Part shown: positions 1 to 14,789 of the stretch, one piece after another | Layout of the letters: the number at the start of each line of letters is the position of its first letter | Position numbering within the stretch: the stretch's first letter is position 1 | Source: Octopus vulgaris | Taxonomy: Eukaryota | DNA length: 64,000 nucleotides | Direction: 5' to 3' | Assembly: GCA_951406725.2 (NCBI GenBank) | Contig: OX597832.1 | Location: forward strand, 34,410,001 to 34,474,000 | Notes under the pieces: model-generated | Told to the model about the DNA's origin: nothing | The model's input: the letters and a program-made list of their open reading frames with translations, nothing else | Databases searched by the model: none | Made by a program: the position numbers and the translations under genes

Positions 1-644
1 TTCACTCAAAACTCATCAGTGAAGTGTTCCAGATTGGCTGCAATCTTAATGATTGAAACCAGTAAAAAATAGAAATAACCTGAACATCAGTCAAGAAGTG
101 TTTACGAAAATGGCACCGTCTACTTTCAAAACAATATTCTAGGGAAGGACTGAACCCAGATCGGCAAGTTTACTTAACACTCATCGTTTTTCAAAATATC
201 GTTGCTGTTTAAGTAGTGATTCATGTGACCGCTAGAAATATGTGCCCAGCAAATTAATAAAACTAATAAACATGTATTCTGTTAAAAGGTACCAAATACT
301 CCATCAGTTTACGGTCAAATTGTTCTGATGTATTACTTGATACAAATGCATATAAAGTATATACACACGCACACATGAACAGGCAGACGAATAGAGAGAT
401 AGACAGAGAAATAGAGAAACAGAGAGAGAGAGAGAGAGATACAAGTGTAAATTGAATACTCGCGGAAGAATGGTTCCTACTAGAAGCATCGAAAAGTGAT
501 GTTGTAGTGTTCAACAAAGTCCTATACATTGAAACAGTAATTACTGCCTTTATTTTTAAATCACGTACAAGTTGGAAACAGATAATGTCTAACGCATTAA
601 AAGCATATAACACAAATATAGCAAACGAATTAAGAGACGCAGAT

Positions 645-765
645 TTAGCTGCGTGGTTAAGAAGTTCACTTCAATAGTTTTGTTCCGCATTCGATTCTAC
701 TTCAAGTTGGCATTTTACGCAAATGTCTTTTTCTGCAGCCTTGCGGTGGCCAACAGCTTTCATGT
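645..765 (+). mobile_element. Degenerate 5' part of tRNA-derived SINE (family B)
   Basis: GCTGCGTGGTTAAGAAG...TTCGATTCTAC...GCAAATGTCTTTTTCTGCAGCCTTGCGG...CCAACAGCTTT resembles the heads of the copies at 30134 and 52005. Confidence 0.5.
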
Positions 766-820
766 CAAATAATATGACAAATAGAAATTCTAGGAAAGCG
801 TGTGCCACACACACACTCAC

Positions 821-821
<1 letters not shown>

Positions 822-851
<30 letters not shown>

Positions 852-885
852 GTGCGTGTGTGTGTGCGTGTGTGCGTGTGTGTGT
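822..885. repeat. (TG)n microsatellite with TGCG interruptions
   Basis: Direct reading. Confidence 0.95.
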
Positions 886-1073
886 TTAATCAGTAGGCTA
901 TATTGTTTGACATCGAATAGGCAAAAACGAACGTTCGAGATTTCCTTATTGTTAGTCTTATAGATTTTTTTTGCTGTTATTGTTGCTCTGACGAAATAAC
1001 ACAACCGCTGCTGCTTCTGCTGTTGAGATAAACATCGAAGATTCTCTGTTTTACTTTGACTCTTTCCCTACGA

Positions 1074-2972
<1,899 letters not shown>

Positions 2973-3058
2973 TTGGCGTTCTGGTACCAGATTAGTTTGT
3001 CTAATGATTGCATTAGGAAATAGTCATCTAAAAACATAGCTGAAAGGATTTTGGAGGT

Positions 3059-3350
3059 CAGAGAGAGAGAGAGAGAGATAGAGAGAAAGAGAGATGGAGG
3101 AAGATAGAGAGATAATACGAAGGGTAAAAGGGAAAGAGAAGCTTAGAGAGAGAGGAAGCGATTTGGAAGATTGACTTGGAATATGAAGCAGTGTGGGTGC
3201 GAAAGGGACGAAGAAAGAGAAAAGATGTAAAATGGTAAAGAACGGATGCAAGACAGAGTGAAAGAGAGGGAGTGAGAGAAAGAAACGTGAATAAACGAGA
3301 AAAGTGAGAATATGGAGAAAGAGAGAAAGGAAAAGAATGAAAAAAATATA
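3059..3350. repeat. (GA)n and purine-rich low-complexity tract
   Basis: Direct reading. Confidence 0.85.
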
Positions 3351-3673
3351 AATAAAAATCGATTAGGAATGCATTTTCTTTGTTTTGTATACATTCATAT
3401 ATATATATATATATATATGTATGTATATATGTATGTATATAGTATCTATGTATGTATGTATGTATGTATTATATATATATATACGTATGTATACATATAT
3501 ATGTAGGTATATATACAAATTTAGAAATATGTATATACATGTATATATATATATTGTTTGTTTGTTAGTGTGTATGCATATATATATATATATAGGGGGA
3601 GAGAGAGAGAGAGATATTAACGCACATATTCATATGAATACATATATGCACATATAGAAATATGTACATATAA

Positions 3674-3744
<71 letters not shown>

Positions 3745-4289
3745 ATACATACACACACATGCACAGCACATTTTGTGATTGTTTCTTTTTTCTCTTCTGC
3801 CTTCCTTTTTTTAATAATTATATTTTTGTCTTTCTTTCCTTTTTCTGCCTAATTTTCTATTGGTTCTGCTGTTTGGTAATCGGAAATAAGTTTTTCTTTT
3901 TCCTCCTCCTTTTATGGTTGTTTGTCTTTGTTCGGAAAAAGACCGCTTCTCTTTCTCTCTCTCTCTCTCCAATTCGGTTAACTCTGCGAAAAATGACCCA
4001 CGGACATGTTAATCTCATTTTTCGGAAATTACTTACTGACAGTTCGATCTCTTGTTCTTGTTGTCAACTGATTGTACTTGACATCAACATTAATTGATAA
4101 TTCTATAATTGACAGATAAAAATAATAAGTATAACAATAAATTCCTCGCGTGACTGGTGCCGAAGATCATGAAGAGCCTTATGGATAAGTTATTCTCGTT
4201 AACGACACACGAAACATTAGGTGTGGAAGGTTCGAACCACATGTTGACGAATTATTATTTATAAAAAAAAGCTTGGTTAGATTTTCCAT

Positions 4290-4510
4290 TTTTTACTTGT
4301 TGTAGTCATTGGACAGCGACCATTCAGGGACATTCCACTGGATGGTATTTTAGTCAACAAAATGGCCCAAATGATTATTGTCTTTTAGCCTGGTACCTAT
4401 TCTGATGGTCTTTAGTGCCGAACCGCTAGAGTACGAGGACGTAAATAAACCTACATCGGATATCAAACGATGGTGGAGGTCAAGCACAAAAACTCCTGGT
4501 CACAGACATC
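4290..4510 (-). mobile_element. SINE family B, degenerate 3' half
   Basis: TTTTACTTG...AGTCATTGGACAGCGACCAT and GCCGAACCGCTAGAGTACGAGGACGTAAATAAACC match the 52005-52400 copy. Confidence 0.7.
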
Positions 4511-4589
4511 CAACCATACACACGAACTCCGCCATACACATACAACGCCGCACACACACACACACTCAGACACACACAAATATAAAAAA

Positions 4590-4828
4590 ACAACTTTCAG
4601 TGTCAGTAGTGGTTTATTGAGACGGAATATTATGGATCTTTTTGTATCGAAGTACGATAAACTGAAACAAGTTCTTCCATGTATTAACTTTCATTTATTC
4701 GAGATATCCTTGGTCTGAAGAGTAGCCTACAGTATACACCTCGCTTGGATATTTACCACTTCCGAGGTTCTGATCACTATAAAACATATTTACACAGATC
4801 TTGTCGACTGTATTCCTTCACTCTTGAG
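4590..4828. mobile_element. Internally deleted copy of the palindromic hammerhead-bearing element family seen at 51575
   Basis: GATATCCTTGGTCTGAAGAGTAGCC...TTTACCACTTCCGAGG...CACTATAAAACATAT matches 51741-51830; 4600-4670 matches 51900-51990 in reverse complement. Confidence 0.75.
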
Positions 4829-4920
4829 TACGTACGTACGTATGTACGTACGTATGTATGTACGTACGTACGTATGTATGTATGTATGTATGTATGTATG
4901 TATGTATGTATGTATGTATG

Positions 4921-4952
<32 letters not shown>
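4829..4952. repeat. (TACG)n-(TATG)n-(TG)n compound microsatellite
   Basis: Direct reading. Confidence 0.95.
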
Positions 4953-4953
<1 letters not shown>

Positions 4954-5074
4954 TTGTGTTTTATACACACAACCAGTTTATAATTAAAATATCAAAATGG
5001 CCCAACAGTATGCTCGGAAACTCTAATTGTTTGGGGTTTTTTGTACATTTTCTGCCATCTTTCATCTTTAATCG

Positions 5075-5462
5075 TTTAGTTACTGCAGTCATTAGTGTGG
5101 CCATGCTGGATCCCCACTTTGAATTTTAGCCAAACAAATAGACCTCAGTACTTATTCTTTTTAATCCTGGTATTTATTCTCTCGTTCGCTTTTTCCGAAC
5201 CAAGTTACAGGGACGTTAACACATCAACACCGGTTCTCAAGCAGTGATGGGGGACAAACATGGTACGAAGGCACATACACATATAAAAAACATACACACA
5301 CACAAACACATACACGACGGTCTTCTTTCATCTACCAGATACACTGACAAGGCTTTCGTCGGCCAGTGGCTATAGTAGGAGACACTTGCCCACGGTGCCA
5401 CACAGTTATACTAAACCCGGGTTCATGTGGCTGGGAAGCAAACTTCTTACCACACAGCAAAG
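5075..5462 (-). mobile_element. tRNA-derived SINE family B, near full length
   Basis: Minus strand reads GCTGTGTGGTAAGAAGTTTGCTTCCCAGCCACATG...GGCACCGTGGGCAAGTGTCTCCTACTATAGCC... and ends CCAGCATGGCCACACTAATGACTG. Confidence 0.85.
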
Positions 5463-5780
5463 ACTGAGCCTAACCAGTGCCAAAGAAGTCCTGAAGACAT
5501 TTTTGGAAGAACTGTACCTGAAAATATTTTTCTTTATACCCTTGGTATTACTTGCTCTCATTTTTGTTTCATGTTTTTCAGTTAAAGCTGCTTCTAGCTC
5601 AGATTTCAGGCGACTTTGTTAAATGTCTGCCTGGCGACATACTAGGTAAACGTCTGCTAATGGTGTCTACGAGGTGTTGCATGGTCTTTGAGCAAGTTGT
5701 TGGAGTTCTTATCTATGTATACTGGTCCTTCGTAAGGTTTTGTCCTTTTCTTGTTTAGATTCAGTGCTGTATCTAGCATG

Positions 5781-5827
<47 letters not shown>

Positions 5828-6797
5828 GGAGTAAACACATAAATGTGAAACAAGGTGGAAAAAAGAGTACTCAAATACCAGTGGTAGAGTAATATGCTTT
5901 ATTTTAAGCAGCAGAAAATTCAACAAAATCTGTAACTCTGAGTTTCTCGTTCATCAGACAGTTTTTGCTAGAATGGAACCGATATATCAATTCAATCTAG
6001 ACTTTTACAAACGCTACACCTTTAAAAAAAATGGACTTGTTTGATTGGCCCTTTAGAAAAAACAGTCAATCTTCGAGCGATAAACAAAAAGGTCAAAAAT
6101 ATATGTATATATATATATATAAAAACTTATAAAAATTATAAAATTCGAGGAAAAAACCTTACATTGAATAAAATACATATTGACACTAATGAAGAAAGTA
6201 TAATTAAAGCATAGAAATTAAACCTATTATAAATATTACACTGCAATACATATTATTATTAAAGTGTACATATATATATCAACATACACAGAAGGATGCG
6301 TGCAAACGCCATACATATACAGACGTATAAATATAAATATAAAATATACACATAAATGCATGCGTACATATATTTACGCAATCCGTCTCGCACGCAAGTT
6401 AAAATAATCTATGTAGCGATTCTCATATACTGAGTAAGGGGGGGGAAACGAAAGAAAGGAAGAGAGAGAAAAAGGAACGAAGAAGGGGGAAGGAAAAAAG
6501 AAAAAGGAGGGGTGGGGGAAAAAAACGAAATAAGAAAAAATTATGTATACAAGCTGTGTAACGGCATTATTGACATGTATGGAGACAAGTATACAAATAC
6601 ACAAGTTCGAATGGATACATACAGATACAGTCGTGTATATGTGTGCTTAAGCACAAACATACGCTCACTTACACATACACAGATACGCATGCTTACAAAT
6701 ACATATCCATGGCTATACACATACTTATATCAAAATTCTAATTTTTGACAACATTGCTTTTTTAAAAAAACATTGCTTTTTTTAAAACATTGCTTTT

Positions 6798-7576
6798 TAC
6801 GATAGCGCATTAAAGAATAGTGGATTCTCTGAGAAGATCCAGTACAACCAGCTTAATGCTGATAATAATGCTGCAAGAAGAACTAGGACCAGGAAAGTTT
6901 TGTGGTTCAACCCGGCTTTCAATTTGGCCGTAAAGACTAATATAGGTAAGAATTTTTGAGATTAGTCTCTAAGCATTTTAAGCAGGGTCATAAATTCTAT
7001 AGGATATTTAATAGAAGAACCCTGAAGGTTAGCTATTCTTGTTGCAGAAATTTCGCCTCTTACATTAGCCAGCATAATAGGAAGCTAATTGAGATTAGAC
7101 ATGGTGCCGAACCCATTATGAAATGCAATTTCAAAAACGAAAGCTCCTGTCCGTTAGAAGGGAAATGTCTAGTGAAAGGAGTAGTTTATAGAGCCAAGGT
7201 GCAAGTAGAAGGCTCATCGGAATACAAGACATACACAGGGGCTTCAGAAAATTCATTTAAAACAAGATTTTATTCTCATAAAAATTCATTTAAATACCCA
7301 GAGAATAGGAAGAGGACCAGCCTAGAAAAATATGTCTGGGAACTAAAAGAAAAGGAAACCCCACCTTTCAACGTGACATTGAGCATTCTGGACAGGGCGG
7401 CACCATACAGGCATGGAGCATACAAAAATAATTTTAAGTGCAAACTTTGCCTATTAGAAAAAATGTACATTTTATTCAAAGACAAAAATTCTTTGAATCA
7501 AAGAAGTGAGCTAATGAACTTATGTAGGCACGCGGCTAAATTTAAAATGTCGAATATAAATATACCATATGGATAG
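6798..7576 (+). pseudogene. PLE linker plus C-terminal GIY-YIG endonuclease (Naiad-type), one frameshift at ~6956
   Basis: YDSALKNSGFSEKIQY...RKVLWFNPAFNLAVKTNIGKNF / LRLVSKHF...KVSYSC...CPLEGKCLVKGVVYRAKV...YTGASENSFKTRFYSHKNSF...TSLEKYVWELK...CKLCLLEK...LNQRSELMNLCRH; frame broken by one missing T in AATTTTTGAG. Confidence 0.9.
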
Positions 7577-8689
7577 AGTATATATTTTGTATTTTTGATT
7601 TTTGAAATTTTGATTTTGACTCTTGAACTGGTGTGTGAGCGCTACGATGGATTTTGTTCCACGCTATGCAGATTTTAATCCGTATAGCAAAGTCTTATGT
7701 TTCTACATATACATTACGAAAAACCTTCGACTTTGTTTATTTCATGTTATTGTATTGTATAGGATTACCTTGATTTTTTATAGATGATCCAAAATAGGGT
7801 GTTATATTTTATTTTATATGTCTTTCGTATATGTTTTTTATTATTGCACGTTTTTTTTTTTTAAAAAAAGCAATGTTTTTTTAAAAAAGCAATGTTGTCA
7901 AAAATTAGAATTTTGATATAAGTATGTGTATAGCCATGGATATGTATTTGTAAGCATGCGTATCTGTGTATGTGTAAGTGAGCGTATGTTTGTGCTTAAG
8001 CACACATATACACGACTGTATCTGTATGTATCCATTCGAACTTGTGTATTTGTATACTTGTCTCCATACATGTCAATAATGCCGTTACACAGCTTGTATA
8101 CATAATTTTTTCTTATTTCGTTTTTTTCCCCCACCCCTCCTTTTTCTTTTTTCCTTCCCCCTTCTTCGTTCCTTTTTCTCTCTCTTCCTTTCTTTCTTTC
8201 TTTCCCCCCCCTTACTCAGTATATGAGAATCGCTACATAGATTATTTTAACTTGCGTGCGAGACGGATTGCGTAAATATATGTACGCATGCATTTATGTG
8301 TATATTTTAGATTTATATTTATACGTCTGTATATGTATGGCGTTTGCACGCATCCTTCTGTGTATGTTGATATATATATGTACACTTTAATAATAATATG
8401 TATTGCAGTGTAATATTTATAATAGGTTTAATTTCTATGCTTTAATTATACTTTCTTCATTAGTGTCAATATGTATTTTATTCAATGTAAGGTTTTTTCC
8501 TCGAATTTTATAATTTTTATAAGTTTTTATATATATATATATATACATATATTTTTGACCTTTTTGTTTATCGCTCGAAGATTGACCGTTTTTTCTAAAG
8601 GGCCAATCAAACAAGTCCATTTTTTTTAAAGGTGTAGCGTTTGTAAGAATCTAGATTGAATTGATATATCGGTTCCATTCTAGCAAAAA

Positions 8690-8727
8690 CTGTCTGATGA
8701 ACGGCAACGAGAAACTCAGAGTAACAG
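8690..8727 (+). ncRNA. Minimal type I hammerhead ribozyme motif in the PLE terminal repeat
   Basis: CTGT-CTGATGA-A-CG-GCAA-CG-A-GAAA-CTCAGAG-TA-ACAG: stem I CTGT/ACAG, near-palindromic stem III ACTCAGAGT, GUA cleavage triplet. Confidence 0.75.
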
Positions 8728-8759
8728 ATTTTGTTGAATTTTCTGCTGCTTAAAATAAA

Positions 8760-8801
<42 letters not shown>

Positions 8802-8863
8802 CTGCTTGCTGTTCCTTCACCTGTCTCTGTCTTTTGAACCATTATATATATATATGTGTGTGT

Positions 8864-9148
8864 GAAGGCGAGTGGCTTAGTGGTTAGAGCATTCGACTCA
8901 AGATCGTAAGGTCGTGAGTTCAATTCCCGGCGACGCGTTGTGCCCTTGAGCAAGACACTTTATTTCACATTGCTCCAGTCCACTCTACAGGCAAAAATGA
9001 GTAGTACTTGTATTTCAAAAGGCTAGTCTTGTCACGCTGAGAACTACGTGTCTGTGGAGTGCTCAGCCACTTGCACGTAACTTCACGAGCAAACTGTTCC
9101 GTTGATCCTATCAGCTGGGACCCTCGTCGTCGTAACCGACAGAGTGCA

Positions 9149-9150
<2 letters not shown>
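8864..9150 (+). mobile_element. tRNA-derived SINE family C
   Basis: A box TGGCTTAGTGG, B box GAGTTCAATTCCC, then TTGTGCCCTTGAGCAAGACACTT (CORE/V-like central motif); flanked by TA/TG repeats. Confidence 0.85.
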
Positions 9151-9198
<48 letters not shown>

Positions 9199-10817
9199 TT
9201 GACGTTTATATGTAGTTAGAATGCTGAATATTGCGGTTTTCACCTTGAGAGGTCTTTCATGTAGACTTACAGTGTTAAGCGCACAGATATATGATATCGT
9301 AGCAAACGAGAATTGACTACCATAGGCACTGGGAATGCCAGATTACGTGATTTCTGTGTATTGCACTTCTTCAGTGACAGGCGTCCTGTCACCGCATACA
9401 CGCTTAGTCTTACTACCAACAATATATAGAATAACAGTGTCTTCTCAGTCACTGATATCACAAATAACAAGCAGGCTTAATAGAAATCATTATTAGCGAC
9501 GGAATTAGTTTTAACACAAAGTAATCTTTACATCAGACTTAATATGGAGAATTTTCAAAATGCGGAATACTGCGGTATTCGCCTGGAGAGATCCTCTCAT
9601 ATATTCTAATAGCATCTTTCCTCAAAATGTCACTCTCTGGAACTCAATACTACTGTCCTGCTTTCGTATATCTGTAATATTCTGTCGTTTAAACTTTTTG
9701 CTAATCAACATCTTTTGAATTTGTTGGCCTCTTCTTTTCCTTTTTCGTAGCTCTTGTTGGTACAATGGAATCAAGCCTTGTTTTAGGACAAAATCTTATT
9801 TAAAAAATTAACTATGTCCTAATATATTTTTATTGTTTGTTACAGTGTCGGATAAAATAGGGAATTTTTTCTCTTTTTATTTTCAACCATGTACAAGACC
9901 TAACGGTCTTGTACATGGTTTCATGGCCTCCGTACGGGAACACAACTCAAATGCTTACAACAAAGTTCACTGCGCCATAAGCAACCGAGAATTAGATGGT
10001 GGTGTGGAGCTACTGATTAATACATGAAAAGAAATGAAAACCTTCCTCTCATTTCTCATTCACCAAATTCCTCGAACAAGACTTTAGCTGATCCGAGATT
10101 CTGTTAGAACACACTTGTCCAAGATACCGCACAATTAAACACCAAAACCAATTATATACAGAATAAACTTCTGAACAAAAAGGCATGCTTACTCCCAGAC
10201 ATATTCTAAGTTCAAACTGGAATAGACCATGATGAGGTTTGAACCCAGACAATGAAGGATCCCAGAAAAAAGACTACAAAGTATTTTGTCTGCTGCTCAT
10301 CTGGTACCATTTATTCATGAACTATTGTTTTATTAATGTGTGTGTGTGTGTGTACATATATTTCCCACTCAATATTCCTTCTACGATTTCTCCATCTCTC
10401 TTCAACTCCCACCTCTCCAATCCAAGTCTGCAAATATTCTTCCCCTTCCTTCCTCTTACTCCGCCACAAGATGGCATTAACTGTCCACATCGTGTCTGAC
10501 GATCGAAAATAACTACTATTATCATTGCAATATAACTACAGCTCGGTTATTATTATCAATGTTATTGTTATTGTTGATTTTCTTATCATTATTATTATTA
10601 TTTTACTATTATTAATATCGTCGTCGTCATCATCATCATCATTATTGTTGCTATTGCTGTTGCTGCTACTGTTTGTTGGGACTTCATTTCTTTTCTTTTT
10701 AAATTTAGAAAATAAGTTCCGAAATAAATTTTATTGCAATCTCAAATGATTTCCAAGCTTCCAGACAACTTGAATAAATGGAAAATTCCTATATATAGAT
10801 GCACATATACATGTGTA

Positions 10818-10851
<34 letters not shown>

Positions 10852-10889
10852 CATTCATATATATAGATACATATATATATGTATGTATC

Positions 10890-10921
<32 letters not shown>

Positions 10922-10980
10922 GTGTGTGTGTGTGCATATACATAATACATACTCTTTTACTTGTTATAGGATTCAATACG

Positions 10981-11029
<49 letters not shown>

Positions 11030-11466
11030 TATTTACATATATATATTATGCATATACCTTGTATGAATATATACATTTGTATATATATACATGTATGCAT
11101 TTACCATATATATATATGAACGTAAGCAGATATATGTATGCTTACGTTTATTTACAAGCATGTGTATGTATGAGCGCGCGCGCCTCTGTGTGTGTGTGTG
11201 TGTGTTTAAATATGTGTCGGTGTTATAATTTTACATAAGTTTCCTAATCGCAGAACGATTGTTCTGCCAATAAATCCTGCAAAGACTTTTATTATTGATA
11301 AAAAAAAATCAAAAGATTCCATATTAACCATATCCATAAAAAAAATTTCCAGAATTTAAAAACTAGAAAAACTCGAAGATTTTTCTTCTTCATAGAATAT
11401 ATGCGTTCTTGAATTTCATTTGAAGAAAATGTAAATAACTAGATTTTTTTAGAGTCATTGTATAGT

Positions 11467-11468
11467 TA

Positions 11469-11499
<31 letters not shown>

Positions 11500-11541
11500 C
11501 ATTATTATTATTATTATTATTACTTTTATTACGATTATTAT
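11467..11541. repeat. (TTA)n microsatellite
   Basis: Direct reading. Confidence 0.9.
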
Positions 11542-13204
11542 CATTGTCGTTGTGGTGGTTTTTGCCGTTGTTATTGTTATTTATTAAATTTCTTTACTTT
11601 TGTTTCCACTAGTACTGTATCAGCTCCAGTTAAAAATTGGAAAAGAAATATATTTAGCTTATCGAACCAAAATGGAGATACAGAAACAAGAACAAAAAAG
11701 AAAAGGTTGATAATAACAAAAATGACAATGATGATGATAATAATAACAACCACATCAACAACAACAATAATAATAATAATAAACGATAAACAAAAAGATT
11801 ACAATTATCGATGGTGTATGGCGCAATCAATAAAAATTCTGCGAATTTAAGTTTTATGCAATTTATGTTTTGTTGTTGTTGCTATGTTTGTTTTGTATGT
11901 TTTTGAATGCTTACAGGAGAAAATATTTAAAAGTAGTTTAAGTCCCCACCGGAAGCGGAAACTCAAACTTTCGAGATGAATGAAGATCAAGTTCTTAATC
12001 AGTGCAGCCATTTTGCATTGTGTTAAGAAAAGATAAAGAATAGAAATCGGTACGCGGTCGATTCTATTTACCAGGGGTTTTTTTTTTTTCAAGAGATTTG
12101 AAAAATAAAATTAAAAATATTCGAGTTAAGATGAATTAATATTCCGATAATCCGTCTAGGAATTGCGATGAAACATAACATCGATGTTTTAACCAAAAGG
12201 GGAGGATTAAAGTCCATATGATGTGAATGCTGTGACTGGTCTGACTAACCATAAATTACTATGTTAGTCGATTAATGATGTTGTTACGCTATGCGTCAGG
12301 TTGCGATTTGATATTTTTATGTTAATTTCGTATTATGTATATGCATGGACATTGATAAAAAATGTTGAGATACTCATCCCATCATAGAGTGCATAGTAAC
12401 AGTATACATCTGGTATGCATGTGTATGTGTGTCTCTGTGTGCGTGCGTGTGTATATATGCATGTATGTATGGATGAATATATGCATATACATTCACACGT
12501 GTGTGTATTTGTTTTTGTCAGTGTTTATATGTATGTCAACCAGTACAGATGAAACAAAAGATTATTCAAGGTAGACTTTATATTTACTGATATTTGCTCT
12601 CCAAGTTATATAGAGATGCATTCACTAAACGATGGTTTTCAGATGGACTCCGTGCGACTTACTGAAAATGGCATCAACGGATATACTAAACAAAATAGGT
12701 TAATTGCATCCATAGAAAGAGTATCCTCCGTTTCTTTATCCTTTCATTTGGGAGCCAGAAGATAAAGGATATAACTATCTTACTATAGCGTTGAGCATTG
12801 GCGATAGTCCTATCATATTCAAATTGATTACAACCTTGTATGCTCTGCTTGTCCGAGAAACTACATAACCTAAATTAACTTAACAGTGAATTCGATTTAA
12901 TTTCTAATTACCGCCACAGTTTAGGATTTCTCTTGGGTCACTTTCAACCAAATATTTGCGTAAAAGTTCCTGAGTAAAATCGAGGAGTTAATTCCTTTAC
13001 TAACAAAAGTTAACCATATTGCTTCTACTTCACCCATTTTTTGTATATGAAACAGGTTCGAAATACCGAAAACTCATTAGCTTGACAAGATGCAGTGGTG
13101 CGAAAGTCGACTTGAAGGACAAAAAATGTTTAAATAAGCAATATAGCCAACAAGCCAACACTGTGTATTGGCAACTCTCTCTCTTTCTCTCTCTCTCTCT
13201 CACC

Positions 13205-13269
<65 letters not shown>

Positions 13270-13414
13270 TATCTCTTCCTCTCTCTCTCTTCTGCTCTCT
13301 CTTTCTCTCTATCGTTACATGTGTGTGTACTTCTGTGTCTATGCATATCTATACCTACACTCATTCATATACATAATTATAAATATAGATACACGCACAC
13401 ACATACACACACAT

Positions 13415-13469
<55 letters not shown>

Positions 13470-14039
13470 TGTGCATGCATGCATACATATACACGTGTGC
13501 GTGTGTGTGTGTGTGTGTGATGTTTTCATGATTTCTAATGCTCAGCAACAACAACTCCATTTCAAAACAGTTACCAATGATACCTCACGATATATAAGTG
13601 CTGATAACCAATCATATCATCTCCTTCAATTTCCTTTTCTCGTTGTTCCATTAAATTAAATTTAAAAATCATGTCAGGAAAAAATAAAAATAATGAAATG
13701 TTTATTTTGTCAGAAATGTCTAACAGCGCACGCCAAGTGATTGGCGATTTCTTTTATCAATCAATAAATTTCATGCTTTTCTCGTGTTGGCTCTATATAG
13801 TTTTTCCGAAAAAAATATAAGATAAAATAAAAGAAATAAACTTTTTCCAAAAGTTTATTTAATTACAGTTTTTAACCCGAACGTAAAAGTAAATCTCTTG
13901 TATTACTTATTTAGATATAGTAATATTCGTTGGAAAGGATATTTCAACAACGTTTGACTGATGGCTTTGATATATTATTGATATCAGGAACCATTAACAT
14001 CATCATTGTCATTATCATCATCATCATCATCATCATTAT

Positions 14040-14720
14040 TTTTATATATTTTTTAATCTCGGGTTTTGTGGGAACTCCTGGAGAGGTGACAGACTGTCCC
14101 CTTGAAAGATTTCTCTTTTGATATTTACCTCTCTGATCTTATCTCCCCATGCTGTGAGTTCAGTTTGCCACGTGGTCATTGAGTTTTGTATTAACTTCAG
14201 GATATTGTGGGCGACCTTACGCAGTTGAAGGCATTCAATAATACACGAGTGTGGAACCATGTCATATGCTTTCCTCTAGTCCACCCATGCCATCGCCATA
14301 TTTTTGTGTCTCTTCTTGCAGTCAGCCAGGGTTGTCTTATCGATTAGTAATTGATCCTTCGTTCCTCTACTCTTACGTCTACACCCTTATTGCTCCACTG
14401 GTAGTAGGTCGTTCTCATCTAGGTACTCATATATGCTTTGCTCTTTACAGGCCGTGATTTCCATAGATCTCCCAATGGATCACCCTTGCCACATTGTCAT
14501 GTCGTCTTTTGCAATCGCGTTGTGCCAATTTCGGGCATTTGCTAACAATGTGCCATACCGTTTCATCACTCGCACCACATATTCTGCGTCTGTCGTTCTC
14601 AATTGCGTTGTTAATTTTGAACTTCACATACTTCGTCCTATATAAGTGCTTCTGTATCCATCCACAGGTTACTCCTCCGCATCTATATCCACCGTCTTTG
14701 TTATTATATGAAAACACAGC
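14040..14720 (-). mobile_element. R4/Dong-type RLE LINE fragments (RT piece plus CCHC piece)
   Basis: Minus translation [19 protein letters not shown]...AWVD*RKAYDMVPHS...IFQGDSLSPL (~14075-14425) and RRICGASDETVWHIVSKCPKLAQRDCKRRHDNVARVIHW (~14430-14660); 3' end abuts (ATG/ATA)n. Confidence 0.88.
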
Positions 14721-14789
14721 TTATTTTGCTGGCTATTATGAAAAGTGCCAACTGTCCACATCCAGCAGACTAAGATGACACTTGTTTAC

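Larger units (their letters stand above)
5824..8760 (+). mobile_element. 5'-truncated Penelope-like element (Naiad-type) with ~890 bp inverted arms, inserted in (TA)n
   Basis: 5897-~6787 is the reverse complement of ~7857-8760 (the ORF track gives near-identical peptides on opposite strands: 6512-6748+/7898-8134-, 6374-6604-/8042-8275+); GIY-YIG region lies in the spacer; (TA)n on both sides. Confidence 0.92.

Noticed and set aside
6951-6960. In-frame TGA as selenocysteine (some Naiads encode selenoproteins) or programmed frameshift
   Set aside because: The TGA is not at a Cys position and homology continues in another frame; one missing T in a homopolymer (mutation or sequencing error) explains it.
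8864-8935. tRNA genes here and at 34578
   Set aside because: A and B boxes are present, but there is no acceptor stem and the sequence runs into SINE bodies.
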